Assembly (NCBI RefSeq): GCF_030684315.1
Contig: NC_081374.1
Coordinates: 5,393,937-5,457,936 of the forward strand
Direction: 5' to 3'
From: Stegostoma tigrinum
Taxonomy: Eukaryota
Length of the DNA: 64,000 bases
Shown: positions 1 to 11,110 of the stretch, in pieces
Position numbering within the stretch: the first letter of the stretch is position 1
Layout of the letters: every line of letters starts with the position of its first letter
Made by a program: the position numbers and the translations under genes
The notes under the pieces: model-generated
What the model saw: the letters and a program-made list of their open reading frames with translations, nothing else
The model's database searches: none
What the model was told of the DNA's origin: nothing

Positions 1-1576
1 TCTCATCAGCATCACCTCAATTCAATCAAGGATCTAAGAACATTATTTGTAATTGAACTCTGACATTGACCAGAGTTTGGGCTCAAATTTGTCGCGGGTG
101 CATTTCCGATGTCCTAAATGCACTTTGACAGATAATACTGTGTCATACTAGCATTGTCCTTTTTATGATTTTCCAGGATGATGGAATTTCACTGCAATGA
201 TATTGAATATGTGGCTTTTTTTTGCCCTTTGCTTTGACAGCCTCATTCAATTTTGTAACATTCTCTAATTGTATCCGAGAAGGACTACTTGCTGACAAAC
301 AACTCTTGTTAAAAGAAATGTGTTGAGTGCTTACCCACTTAACTTGGATAGATGGCTTACTTCCTGTTCTTATCAAATTGTGTATATGTCAGTTGCGGGG
401 CAGAGGGTGAGTTGTATTTGGAAGCCAAACTTAAACACCTCACCTGGGTATTTGCATTTTGATGGTGGAGAAGTTTCATTTATTGTCAAGTTTGAACCTG
501 AACAGGGAACAGGGGATAGTCACCTCCCAAATTTCACAACCTTGTGAGGAAATGGGGGAGCCAAACACTAACTTATGCAAAGATATTGCTGCTGTACTGT
601 GAATTTAATTCTTTTCTCCTTCTGGTGAAGTTTGCATGCGACTTCATTTTATTTTCAGATCATTACCTAGTGCTTCCAGGCCAGCTGTAGCACAGCTTCA
701 TGCAAAATAATTCTTCCTCTATACTGCATTCTGCTAGAAGCTCTGGGGAATACTCACAATTGCATAAGAGTCATTTTTCAAACTATCTCACTGCTCTAGT
801 ATCCAGTGGTCTTTCTTGGTGGGGTTTCCATGAATTAGAGACAGGTCAGTGTTTGACGTGGGTGGTGCTCTCACTACAAAAAGTCCCCATACTCAATTTG
901 ATGAAGAAATTTTACAACCAGCAGATAAAAGGAATATTTTCTGATTAATTGCGGCAGTTTTCAAAGTCTGGCCCTAAAGGTGAGCTACCTGAATCTGAAA
1001 TAATGCACCATCCAGCCTGATTTCTCCTGTTGCGCCAGTGCCCACCCCCACCCTCGACATAGATTTTGAAATGACTTTTCTCTGTGTCTAAAAATGTGAC
1101 ATTTTTTTGGCCAGGATATGCTGTGTGGTTACTGCATGCTTCTCTTCGATTGGTTTCTGCTGATTAGTGATCTCTACCAACTTCCTCCCACTCCAGTCTT
1201 TCCAGAACATCTGCTTATTTGATATAAATATGAAAGAGAAAGATACAGAGAGAGGATGTTTGTCATTCAGCTTCTATCTCCATGATGTTATTCAAGGATC
1301 ACTGTCCCACACCATTTCAGTCTGACAGAAATCAACAGTCAGTTAACTCCCAATTCTCTCCATTTATTTTCTAAAGATTGTGACTGAGGTCTAGCTGTAG
1401 TTTCACAAATATTTACCTAACCTAAATTCGATTGCTATTGTGAGCCTGGAGACAGTGAATCAGGGTTCACGATATACATTTTATCCCCAGGGAAATCCTC
1501 AGAGTTTTCTCAAATTTTAGAGGCTTTTTTTTAGAATTGAGGACTCATTTTTCCATCTCACTAACTGCTACATTTA

Positions 1577-1760
1577 ATGATGCAGTCACTCATTAACAAT
1601 ATGTTCTTTATTTGTGCTGATCTGTTGGAGATTTGGACTCACACAGAAGCAGAATTAGAAGAATTCATCATTATCCCCACCAATCATCACTACTCTATTA
1701 AATGTAATGCCCGTACACATGAGGAAAACATTAATTTCCCAGATACCATTGTGAATGCCG
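1577..1760 (+). mobile_element. Ancient Penelope-like reverse transcriptase remnant
   Basis: ORF 1577..1786 reads IWTHTEAELEEFI...NHHYSIKCN...ENINFPDTIV, resembling the PLE RT stretch after YxDD (IW..L..F..LN..HP.IKFT..I.FLD). Heavily decayed. Confidence 0.55.
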
Positions 1761-1807
1761 CAGAGTTGTGTTATTTGTTATGTTAACGTGACATTTATTG
1801 TGAGGAA

Positions 1808-2115
1808 GGAATGCAGCAGTGGTAATGCCATTGACCTAGTAATCTCAAGGCCCAGGCTAGTGTTCTGGGAACATGAGTTCAAATCTCCCATCATGAAGGT
1901 GACTATCAATGGTGATCATGTTGCAAAAGCCCATCTGGTTCTTTAATGTCCTTTAGGGAAGAAAGTTTTATCTAAATGTGGCTCCAGACCCACAACATGT
2001 GAATGACTTTACCTGTCCTCTGAAATGGCCTTGAGAGCCAATTAGTTCACGAGAAATTGTGAATGGTTAACAATTGACTGCTTTCACAGTAATGCCCATG
2101 TCACTTATAAAGAGT
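1808..2115 (+). mobile_element. tRNA-headed SINE, decayed (family with GGTCTGGCCTACATGTGACTCCAGACCCACAG core)
   Basis: A/B-box-like head (CAGTGGTAATG...GAGTTCAAATC) and core shared with copies near 5.2, 19.0, 21.7, 35.1 and 39.9 kb. Confidence 0.65.
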
Positions 2116-2376
2116 AAACAACATCACAATGAGGCTGATCTTATCTGACAGCAACATTAAAGAAAAAGAAAAGCTTGATTTTTATGCACCTTTCATGGCC
2201 ACAAAGCGTCAAAAGGCATGATGCAGCCATGCTTAATGAAGCCACTGTTATAATGTAGGAAGTGAGGCAGCATGCTCACAGAAACAGAAATTCGGCAGTA
2301 TGTTTTGGTGATGTTGTTTGAAAGATAAATTTTGGCTCTGGATGTGAGTTTGCTCGCTGAGCTGGAAGGTTCATTT

Positions 2377-2416
2377 TCAGACGTTTCGTCACCATTCTAG
2401 GTAACATCATCAGTGA
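2377..2416 (-). ncRNA. Minimal hammerhead ribozyme motif (family B, minus copy)
   Basis: Reverse complement reads TCA CTGATGA T GTTACC TAGAAT GGTGAC GAAAC GTC TGA, identical to the + copy. Confidence 0.75.
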
Positions 2417-2548
2417 GCCTCCGGTGAAGGCTGGTGTTATGTCCCGCTTTCTATTTATCTGTTTAGGTTTCCTTGGGTTGGTGATGGTGATGGGTTGGTA
2501 AACAGATAAATAGAAAGCGGGACATAACACCAACGCTTCACCGGAGGC

Positions 2549-2588
2549 TCACTGATGATGTTACCTAGAATGGTGACGAAACGTCTGA
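2549..2588 (+). ncRNA. Minimal hammerhead ribozyme motif (family B)
   Basis: CTGATGA at 2552-2558; 6-bp stem II GTTACC/GGTGAC (one G-U); GAAAC; GTC triplet at 2583-2585; 3-bp stem I TCA/TGA. Confidence 0.8.
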
Positions 2589-2754
2589 AAACTAACCTTC
2601 CAGCTCAGCGAGCAAACTCACATCCAGAAGCTTAACCTGAGCTACAAATCTTCTCAAAACTTGCTAGATAAATTTTGGCCTTGCCACCGTCTCCTACTCT
2701 TTTTTCAAAATGTTGTCATATCATCTTTATATCACCAAAATGGACATAGTGATG

Positions 2755-2969
2755 GAGCTGGATGAACACAGCAGGCCAAGCAGCATCTTAGGAGCATAAA
2801 AGCTGACATTTCAGGCCTAGACCCTGTCCCCATCCCCCTTTTCTGATGAAGGGTCTAGGCCCGAAACGTCAGCTTTTGTGCTCCTAAGATGCTACTTGGC
2901 CTGCTGTGTTCATCCAGCTCCATACCTTGTTATCTCAGATTTTCCAGCATCTGCAGTTCCAATTATCTC
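2755..2969. mobile_element. Palindromic PLE terminal-repeat insertion, family A
   Basis: Inverted arms; perfect 14-bp TSD TGGACATAGTGATG at 2741-2754 and 2970-2983. Same repeat terminates the GIY-YIG-coding fragment at 42000-42702. Confidence 0.88.
2843..2872 (+). ncRNA. Minimal hammerhead ribozyme motif (family A)
   Basis: CTGATGA A GGG TCTAGG CCC GAAAC GTC AG: intact core with 3-bp stem II; stem I is very weak. Confidence 0.65.
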
Positions 2970-3799
2970 TGGACATAGTGATGCTTCAGTTAAATATCTG
3001 ATCCATGAGACACCACTTCCAATAATACAACCTTCCTTTAGTGTTGCACTGGAGTATTAACCTTGGAGTGCCATGCTTAATGTTCACACAGGGACTTGAA
3101 TCCACTGTCTTCTGACTCAGAGGTGAGAACACTATGGAATGGATAGGAATACAGGGACAAAATTAAGCCCTCAAGCCTGTTACCTACATGCAAAGCTATT
3201 AAAAGGACAAAAAGGAAAGACCTACTGGTGCATCTAAACTGTTCAATTTGGTTTTCTGCCCTATGCATTTTGATACAGAGAGACTCCATCCAAACGGAGA
3301 ACCATGTAATGCCCGAAGAGGTGGAATAAAAATTATCTCTGGGTCCTTTAGGTGATCAATATTATCTCAGGCGATACAATCTGAATCCCTGGTTGTTTTA
3401 GCTTTAGAGTAACAGTTAGTAATAGTCAACCTTGAGACAGTAATGCATTGTACCACATTCAGATCTCTCTTACTATTGGCTTCAATCAGTTCCCTGTGGA
3501 GTAGATATATTAGTCCATTCCAGGTCTGCAAATCTACACACATGTAACTTAACTATTACTTGTAATTCTGTCAATTTGATCATGGCTGACCAACATTGCA
3601 ATATTAAAGTCAAGGTGTAGCTGGACCAGATGGAGAATGTAGGGCTGAAAGCACTTGGTGTTGGCCTTGTTTCAAGTTAGGATACAGGCAATTAGAATTA
3701 CAGTTTTACAGATTAAGCAGGAATAGAACCATACCATTTCATAACAAAGGGTTAGGAATGAAGAAAAGGCAAAGATAGACAAGCCATGAGATTAGGAGC

Positions 3800-4290
3800 A
3801 TGGTAATTGTGACAGGTTGTATAATTAGGAGAATGCGTGGTCTATTCTAGCAGCTGAGGCTGGCAGTCTCAAATGATTTATTGTCTCCCAGGTGCCAGGT
3901 TAAAGAGACATAATGGTGCAGACAGCAAAATTTGAAGCTAGAAATTATGGTATAAAGTAATCAATGGCAGGAAGATGCAAGAAACAACTGTTGCAAAGGA
4001 AATTTGAGGATTTACATTCCAGGTTAAAGGATGAGACCTTGAGAGCAGTTAACTCTGAATAATGCCTGATACTAAAGACTCCATATGTTAGAGAGCAGCA
4101 AAGTACCAAGGCGTAGCTACGAGGATTCCTCAGACTTTGGGACATGTTCTGAGACTGGGGGCATTCTGCTGATGGGATGATTTCATCTGAACTGGATTTG
4201 GTATTAATGCACGGAAGCTGTATTCCGACTGATTTGTGTCACTGTACACTTGATCACAGAAAGCTAACAAGCAGATCCTCAACTAGGAAA
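3800..4290 (+). mobile_element. Old CR1 ORF1 (SGNH esterase-like) remnant
   Basis: TGTCTCCCAGGTGCCAGGTTAAAGAGACATA (~3881-3912) resembles CLPGARVxDI; a decayed DGxHLN-like stretch lies near 4175-4195. Confidence 0.45.
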
Positions 4291-5159
4291 GCAAATAATG
4301 TAAAAAAAAGTAAATGCTGCAAGTCCTCAGCTGGTTGTGTTGCACCTGTGGAGAGAGAAATGGCGAATGATAATCTGTTTTTGTTACAAAGGATTGAAAT
4401 GTAAAAATAATTTTTTTCACACAATTCCATTATGACACGCTCTGTGACAGGTGAGGCTTGAATCTAAATCTTCTGGTCTAGAGGTAAAGACATTACCACA
4501 TCACCAGATGAGGCCAAATTTAATACCTAAACAGTGACCTTACAAGACATTAAAATCCTACACTTGATAACTGAGTGTCTGGGCCCTAAGGAGTGGATGT
4601 GTATGAATAAAGTCATATTACTACAATTGTAAAGTATAGTAATGAGGCCACGCCAAGCATACAGTATACTCTACTTATTTGTCTGAAGGAAGAAACAAAA
4701 AATGCTGCATATGCTCAGCAGGTCAGGCAGCACTAGTGAAGAGACAAACAGGATTGACTGTGCAGTTCCGTGAACTTGCTTCAAAATCAGTCAGAATTAG
4801 AGGTATAATAAATTTTGAGATAGTTAGGGCTACGTAGGAAATGCCAGAAAGTGGACATGAAGAATATCAGATTAGCTATGATCTTATTGGATGGTAGAGC
4901 AGGCTCAAGGTTGCGAACAGCCTGCTCCTGTTCTTATTTCTTGGGATCTTAAGTGAAATGGCAAGGGTGTGGAAGAAAACAGAAGTGAAGATTTCTGATT
5001 GGATCGAGGGAAGAATAAATTAAGTTACAAAATATTTCATATGCAAGCTCCAATGAGACAAGTAAGAGAACAGAAAGTACATTCCAGGAAAAAATGTGAT
5101 TAGCAGAATCCTGAACTGCTGTCATCTTGGTACTAGAGACCATGCCAGTTTTCATTAAC

Positions 5160-5895
5160 TGCTGTAAAACTCCATCTGGCTCATTGTTGGAATTTCATGA
5201 GGAAATCTTCCATTCTCACTCAGTCTGGCCTACATGTGACTCCAAGCAGTGTGGTTGACCCCTCACTACCCTCTGAAATGGCCAAGGGAGCCATTCAGCT
5301 CAAGAATAATTTGGCATGGACAACAAATTCTTGCTGGTGAAGTCCAAATCTCATGAAAGAATTAGGGAAAAAAATGGATAATGGAATGCTTTCCATTTCA
5401 AGCAAGCACTGCTATCATCCAATTCAGTCAAAATATTTGTAATGTTAGTGGCCTTGAAATCAACAACCTAACTAAAGCTCCGTAAAACATGAATTCAAAT
5501 TCTAACATGGCAGATGAAGGGAATTCAAATTCAATTAATTAACTAGTCTGGGATAAAATAGCAGACTCATTAATGATGATCATCAATTTTCTGGTTTCAT
5601 GTACACTCTATTGAGTTCAACTTTGACATCTAATGAAGGAAATCTGCTGTTCTTACCTGGTCAGGACTACAGCTATGCGACTTATACTTGACTGATCTCT
5701 GACATGGTGGAGCCAGCAACCACTTGTATAAAAGTGCTGCAGGAAAATGCACCTATAAATATATCTGTATCTATAATGAATGGACTACAGTGGTTCAAGA
5801 TGCTGTTTCACCATAATTACCTCAAGGGTAATGAGAGATGGGCAATAAATGGTGACCCAGCCAATGTTGCCCACATTCCAAGAGTGAAGTAAAAA
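5160..5895 (+). mobile_element. Two decayed tRNA-headed SINE copies
   Basis: GTCTGGCCTACATGTGACTCC core at ~5223; second copy ~5440-5895 ends in the GATGGGCAATAAATG...CCCACATTCC tail. Confidence 0.55.
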
Positions 5896-5964
5896 TGAAA
5901 GATCGCCTAAAGCCCTTGGCAAGCATTTTTTTCATTGTGGCCACAGTTCTAAAATGACACTGAT

Positions 5965-6225
5965 ACAAGACCAAGATAGGAGTGAATTTCCTCTCTCAGA
6001 GGGTTGAAAGTCTTCATAAGCCTTTGCCACAGTGAGCTGTGGGGTAGATTACTTATGTGTATTTAAGGCTGAGACAGATAGATTCTTGATCAGTCGGGAA
6101 ATCAAGAGTTGCAGGGAAAGGCCAGGAAAGTAGACGCGAGGACTGTTGGATCAGCCATCATTCTATTGAATGGTGAAGCAGACTTGAGGGGCCGAATGGC
6201 CTACTCCTGTTCCTATTTCTTATAG
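5965..6225 (+). mobile_element. CR1 3' end fragment
   Basis: FSQRV-like coding end (CTCTCAGAGGGTTG) followed by 3'UTR GGGGCCGAATGGCCTACTCCTGTTCCTATTTCTTAT. Confidence 0.65.
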
Positions 6226-6765
6226 TCTTAAAATTTTGATGTAATGAACAGCAACATATTGTAGGTAGTAAGTCCACCAGAACAGTAAAAGAGACAAATA
6301 ACAATACTTTCTGATTTTATTAGTGTGAATAGTATTGTATATCCTTATCTTCCACCAGACAGAACAAATAAATGCAAAGTGGTCTACATGCACAATGCTC
6401 ACGTACTAATCTTTCAATCCTTCCACCTACAATCCCTTTCCAGGCTGATTATCTGTCTGTCACTATGTAAACTAGTTTAACATCAGGAGCCAGATCAATC
6501 ATGTAAGTGTGAACATGCTGTGCTGTTTTGGAGGCTGGTGATTGTGCAAAGTGTTGACTTAAAGTCAGCTCTCATCCCTGATATCAGCCGGTAGATGCAG
6601 TCAATCCAATTCAGTGTGTGCTTTTTGGTGGCCAAGCCTGAGCGATCCAGCAACATGCAGCAGGTTGAGGGCAGTGCAAGATATTTTATAAAGGGTTCTG
6701 TTGTCTTCAGTGTGTAACATAATGTGGGCATCCATCGGATGTACATCAGCATCACTGGGTGAATG

Positions 6766-6767
<2 letters not shown>

Positions 6768-6834
<67 letters not shown>
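6768..6834. repeat. (TG)33 microsatellite
   Basis: Uninterrupted TG run read directly. Confidence 0.98.
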
Positions 6835-6836
<2 letters not shown>

Positions 6837-7705
6837 TATTGCCTTTTATTGACTAATTTGCATGTTTCAGAATTAGGATGATTTCAGCGTTACAGGGTCT
6901 TTCAGTTGCAGTAGTGTAAGAGAATTGAGAGATGTATCATTGCTGACGGTATATCAGCATTGGAAATGTATTAGCGTTGAGTTGGCCCAGTGTTTTATGG
7001 TTTGGGGCATACCAGTGGGAAGGTTCATTCAGTGGGAAGATATATCATTGTTTGAGGTTTACCAGTGATATGGGGATTATCAGTGTTCTGGGGTGTCTCA
7101 GTGTTTTATTGCAGGGATGTATCAGTGTCTCAGACAGAATGGCAATGGATGGGGCTCAAGGCATAAGCAAGATGAAGATTCTGCTAGGACTAAGACTAAA
7201 TAAAAGCAAGTAACCATATTCTACTTGGTTAAGGTGAGTCTGGGAAGCTCAGGCCCATGATTTACACATCTCGCAATCTGTGCAAAATCCTACCTCCTCT
7301 TGGAGATCAGGATGACCTTGTGCAGAGGTCCCTCCAGCAGGAGCAACTCAAACTCTGAAGTTTGGAGCTTGTGCAGCTGCTGGGGCACAACGGTGTATTG
7401 ATGAAGGGCTGAGAGGTTGGTGGACAGCACAAACATCGCCAACCCACAGATTAAAGATACGTAGAGAATGGGAATGGGGAACTCCAGTCAGAAGCTCCAG
7501 GTAGGTTGTGAGGGAATCATCCAAGTACATTCTATTTGCAAAATGCTGTTCAGTCCTGCAAATTAGTGAGAATGACGGTTCCTCTGTTGAGGCCTGTCAG
7601 AGCCAAGGCGTGGGTGGGGTAGGGGAGGGTGGAGTGGGGAAAGGCAATAGTGGGAGGGGATTTATTAGTTTCATAAAGGATTTTAATGAACCAATTATTA
7701 AGTGG

Positions 7706-7848
7706 TAATGGGAACTGCAGATGCTGGAGAATCCAAGATAATAAAATGTGAGGCTGGATGAACACAGCAGGCCCAGCAGCATCTCAGGAGCACAAAAGCT
7801 TTTGTGCTCCTGAGATGCTGCTGGGCCTGCTGTGTTCATCCAGCCTCA
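7706..7848. mobile_element. Fold-back PLE terminal-repeat insertion, family A (no spacer)
   Basis: Perfect palindrome centred on AGCT 7797-7800; 14-bp TSD CAATTATTAAGTGG at 7692-7705 and 7849-7862. Confidence 0.9.
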
Positions 7849-8901
7849 CAATTATTAAGTGGGATAGTTTTAGTGTTCAAGGCAGAGAGGGAACAAAATT
7901 CTTAAATTGTATCAAGGGGCACTTTTTTTAAACTGGTGCAATGGAACCCAATAAGGAAAGGCCTTGATATCGTGGGCGCAGGTGGAAGGTGTATCAGTTA
8001 GGGGGATCTTTCAGAAATAGTGACCATAACTTAGTTACATGTAGGATGGTAATGGAAAAGGATAAGGATGGGCTAAGAAGGAAACCTATAACCTGGTTAA
8101 GGCTAAGTTTACTAAGATAAGACATAACTTGGCCCAAGTAGTCTCAGAACACCTACTTGCAGATAAATCTATCAAAGCAGTGGAAGATATTCAAGGGGGG
8201 AGCAGGAGTACGGGGAAAATATGTTTCTGTAAAGAGAAAGTGTAGGAGTAAAACAGCAGAGCTGTGGATGTGAGGAGTCATAAAGTTTAGGATTGAGAAG
8301 AAAGGAGAAGTTTATGTCAGATACCCAAGGCTCAGTACAGCAGAGTACCTAGACGATACAAAAAGTGCACGGGGTAATCTTCATCTTAAATGAGGACAGC
8401 AAGCAGAGTTAATGAGAAAATAGAATAAAGGAAAACCCAAATGATTAAAAAAAATATATATATAAAGAGCAAAAATAGGAGAATCTTGGGTAATTGGGAA
8501 AACACAAGGAAGTGCACCTGTGGAATGTTGGACTAATCAAGAGCTGTTTAAATTGTGGAGGAGGCCTGAGGGGCTGAATGGCCTATTCCTGTTCCTGTTT
8601 TTTATTGTATTATGGAAAGTAAATAGGTAAAGATATGGTCCATTAGGAATCATAGAGGAAATGTGTGTGTGGATCTGGGAGATATGGGCCCAGTTCTCAG
8701 TAAATGTTTTGCATCAGTCTTTACAGTGGAAAAGAATGATGCAGGTATAGACATCAAAGTGGACGATTATGAAATATTAGAAGAAATTAACATTTAGAGA
8801 AAGGAAGTACTGGTGGCTTTAGTAGCTTTACGAATAGATACATTCACAAACCTGTTTGAAACATATCCCAGGCTGTTAAGGGTTCAAAGGGAGCAGATAT
8901 C

Positions 8902-9033
8902 AGCTCACTGATGAAGGGTCTAGGCCCAAAACATCAGCTTTTGTGCTCCTGAGATGCTGCTTGGCCTGCTGTGTTCATCCAGCTCCACACTTTGTTATCT
9001 CGGATTCTCCAGCATCTGCAGCTCCCATTATCT
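8902..9033 (+). mobile_element. Solo PLE terminal repeat, family A
   Basis: 8-bp TSD CAGATATC at 8894-8901 and 9034-9041; hammerhead core decayed (GAAACGTC to AAAACATC); interrupts the CR1. Confidence 0.85.
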
Positions 9034-9972
9034 CAGATATCGGGAGCCCTGAGAGTAATTTTCAAATCCTTGCTGGCCATAGGTGAGGTGCCAGAGGACT
9101 GGAGCACTACGAACATTGTCCCGTTACAGAAAAGGGAGGAAAGGACAGATTAGGAAACTACAGGACAGTCAGTCTCACCTCAGTGGTGGGGAAGTTATTA
9201 GAAAGAATTGTGAGGGACAGAACAAATCCGCACTTAGACAGACATGGATTAATCAGGGATAGTCAACATGGATCCGTTAAGGGAACGTTATGTTTGACGA
9301 GTTTAATTGAATTTTTTGAGGTGATAACCATGAGGGTCGATGAGGGTAATGTATTTGATATGGTCTACTTGGACTTTTACAAGACTTTTGAAAAAGTCCC
9401 TCATGGGAAACATATCAAGAAAGTAAGACCCCATGGGATCCAAGCCAAAGTGACACATTGGGCTGAAAATCAGCCACAAATTAGGAAGCAGAGGGCAATG
9501 GTAGAGGGATGTTTCTCTGACTGTGACTTCCAGTGGGCTTCCACAGGATTTGATGCTGGGGCATTTGCTGTTTGTATATTAACAATTTGGATTAATGATC
9601 AAGAAGTTTTAAAATGAAAGTTATGAAGGTGGTAAACAGTTTAAGGTGAGAGGGGAAGGATCTAAACTGGACCTAAAGGACAACCTTTTTCACTCAGAGG
9701 GTGGATTTTGGCTCCCTTGTCCTTTGTATGAAATGAGCTGCCAGCAGAAGTTGTGGAGGTTTTTACAGTTACAGCATTTAAAGGACATCTGGCAGGTATA
9801 TGAATTAGAAGGGTTTAGAGGGATAGAGACCAAATGCTGGCAAATGGGCCTAGATTAATTTAGAAAAACTGGTCAGCATAGACAAATTGGACCAAAGGAT
9901 CTGTTTCAGTGCTGCACAACTCATGACTCTATGACTCATCTCCTCCAGGAAAATGGTATTAGTACAGTCGGA

Positions 9973-10135
9973 GACAATAGGAACTGCAGATGCTGGAGAA
10001 TCCGAGATAACATGGTGTAAGAGCTGGATGAACACATCAGGCCAGAATTTCTGATGAAAGGTCTAGGCCCAGCCTTCTGCTCCTATGATGCTGCTTGGCC
10101 TGCTGTGTTCATCCAGCTCTACACCTTGTTATCTC
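9973..10135. mobile_element. Older palindromic PLE terminal-repeat insertion, family A
   Basis: Inverted arms; imperfect 12-bp TSD AGTACAGTCGGA (9961-9972) / AGTGTAGTCGGA (10136-10147). Confidence 0.75.
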
Positions 10136-10149
10136 AGTGTAGTCGGATG

Positions 10150-11110
10150 TTTTTTGACGAGTGCAGACACGAGGGGCTGAACGGTCCTCTGTTTGTGAGT
10201 GTCTGGTGGTCTATAAGAGAGAGGTGTCTCAGTGTTTTGGGGGCCATCTGTCGGAGCGATTTCAGTATTTTGGGTGGTGCCGTGGCACTTCGGGGTGCCT
10301 CAACATCTGGCGGGGGCGGTCACATCGCAGCTTCTTTGGGATCCCTGGTACCTTCTGCTCTTCTCAGCATTACTTGCGCGGCGTGCGCCGGCGGTGGGTC
10401 CACAGTAGGGGTAGCCTGGGGGCGGGGGGGAGAAGAGCGGGTCGTTGCCGCTTTAAAAGGTGTTTCCCTTTTAAGGCGCTCAGAGCGAGGCTGCCGGTGA
10501 CGTTGTTGTGTTGTGTGTGCGTCTGCGCGCGCTGAGGTGGGTAGGAGCTCGAGCGGTTTCAGGCGGAGCGACAGCGGCGGAAGGGAGCGGGACGGAACCG
10601 AACCGGCAGCGGTGAGGGAGAAGACCGTCGTGTGGGGTGGGGATGGCGGGTAGAGGATTGAGGGAGGAGGGATGGGGGGGGGGGTAACTGAGGGGGTAGT
10701 GAGGGTGTGGGGCCCACTGGGAGGTTTTGAGTGAAGGGAGTTTGTGTTTATTTTATGGGGGGCGGAGATGACTGAGGCAATGGGGAGCGGCCGTTTCCAG
10801 GAGAGGCCGACGCCGCTCCTGGGCCCGTCCCTAGCCGCCGGCCCTTGCGGTTCAGGGCGGGAAGCAATGCGGAGCCTCCAAGTACCCTTCGCCACTCGGT
10901 AGTGGGTGCGTGCAGTTAGGGCTTCCTCTTTTCCCCCGCCCTGGGCCTGCCAACTAGGCCCCTCATCCCCCGGGGTGAGTATACCTCGGCTGGAGCTGAG
11001 GGCCCATCCCTGCTGCGGCTGTGTCAGGCGGCAGCACCAACAGCGTTACAGATCCCTGCGAAAACCTGTTCAATTTCCATATAGAGACTGAGTAATCAAA
11101 TGGTAAACCG
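10150..11110. promoter_or_regulatory. CpG island / promoter of an unidentified gene
   Basis: The only extended GC- and CpG-rich non-repeat segment in a CpG-depleted window. GC box GGGGCGGGG ~10418-10427, TGACG half-CRE ~10498, TGCGCGCGC ~10524. Confidence 0.88.
10500..10611 (+). other. Candidate non-coding first exon (start approximate)
   Basis: GC-rich with no ATG; ends at donor GCG|GTGAGG (GT 10612-10613), followed by G-run-rich sequence typical of intron starts. Alternative donor GGG|GTGAGT at 10975. Confidence 0.6.

Larger units (their letters stand above)
2337..2665. mobile_element. Palindromic PLE terminal-repeat insertion, family B
   Basis: Arms ~2337-2480 and ~2492-2628 are inverted repeats. 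Perfect 14-bp TSD AGATAAATTTTGGC at 2323-2336 and 2666-2679. Each arm has a hammerhead core. Confidence 0.85.
2170..3140 (-). mobile_element. Old Deu-domain-type SINE (SacSINE1/AmnSINE1-like), split by two PLE insertions
   Basis: Reverse-complement tRNA-like head at ~3090-3135 (GGGACTTGAATCC...CTTCTGACTCAGAGG). The body is continuous once inserts 2337-2665 and 2755-2969 are removed. Family name from recognition only. Confidence 0.55.
7670..9935 (+). mobile_element. Decayed CR1 ORF2 (endonuclease to RT) plus adjoining 3' fragment, with nested inserts
   Basis: DFNEPIIKW (GDFNxPxIxW-like), GEVPEDW..NIVPL, VGKLLERIVRD, DSQHG, DMVYLDFYKTFEKVPH in ORFs 7508, 8971 and 9183; many stops and frameshifts. 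Confidence 0.85.

Noticed and set aside
659-843. Possible exon bounded by TTTTCAG and CAG|GTCAGT
   Set aside because: Stops in all three frames and no supporting gene context.
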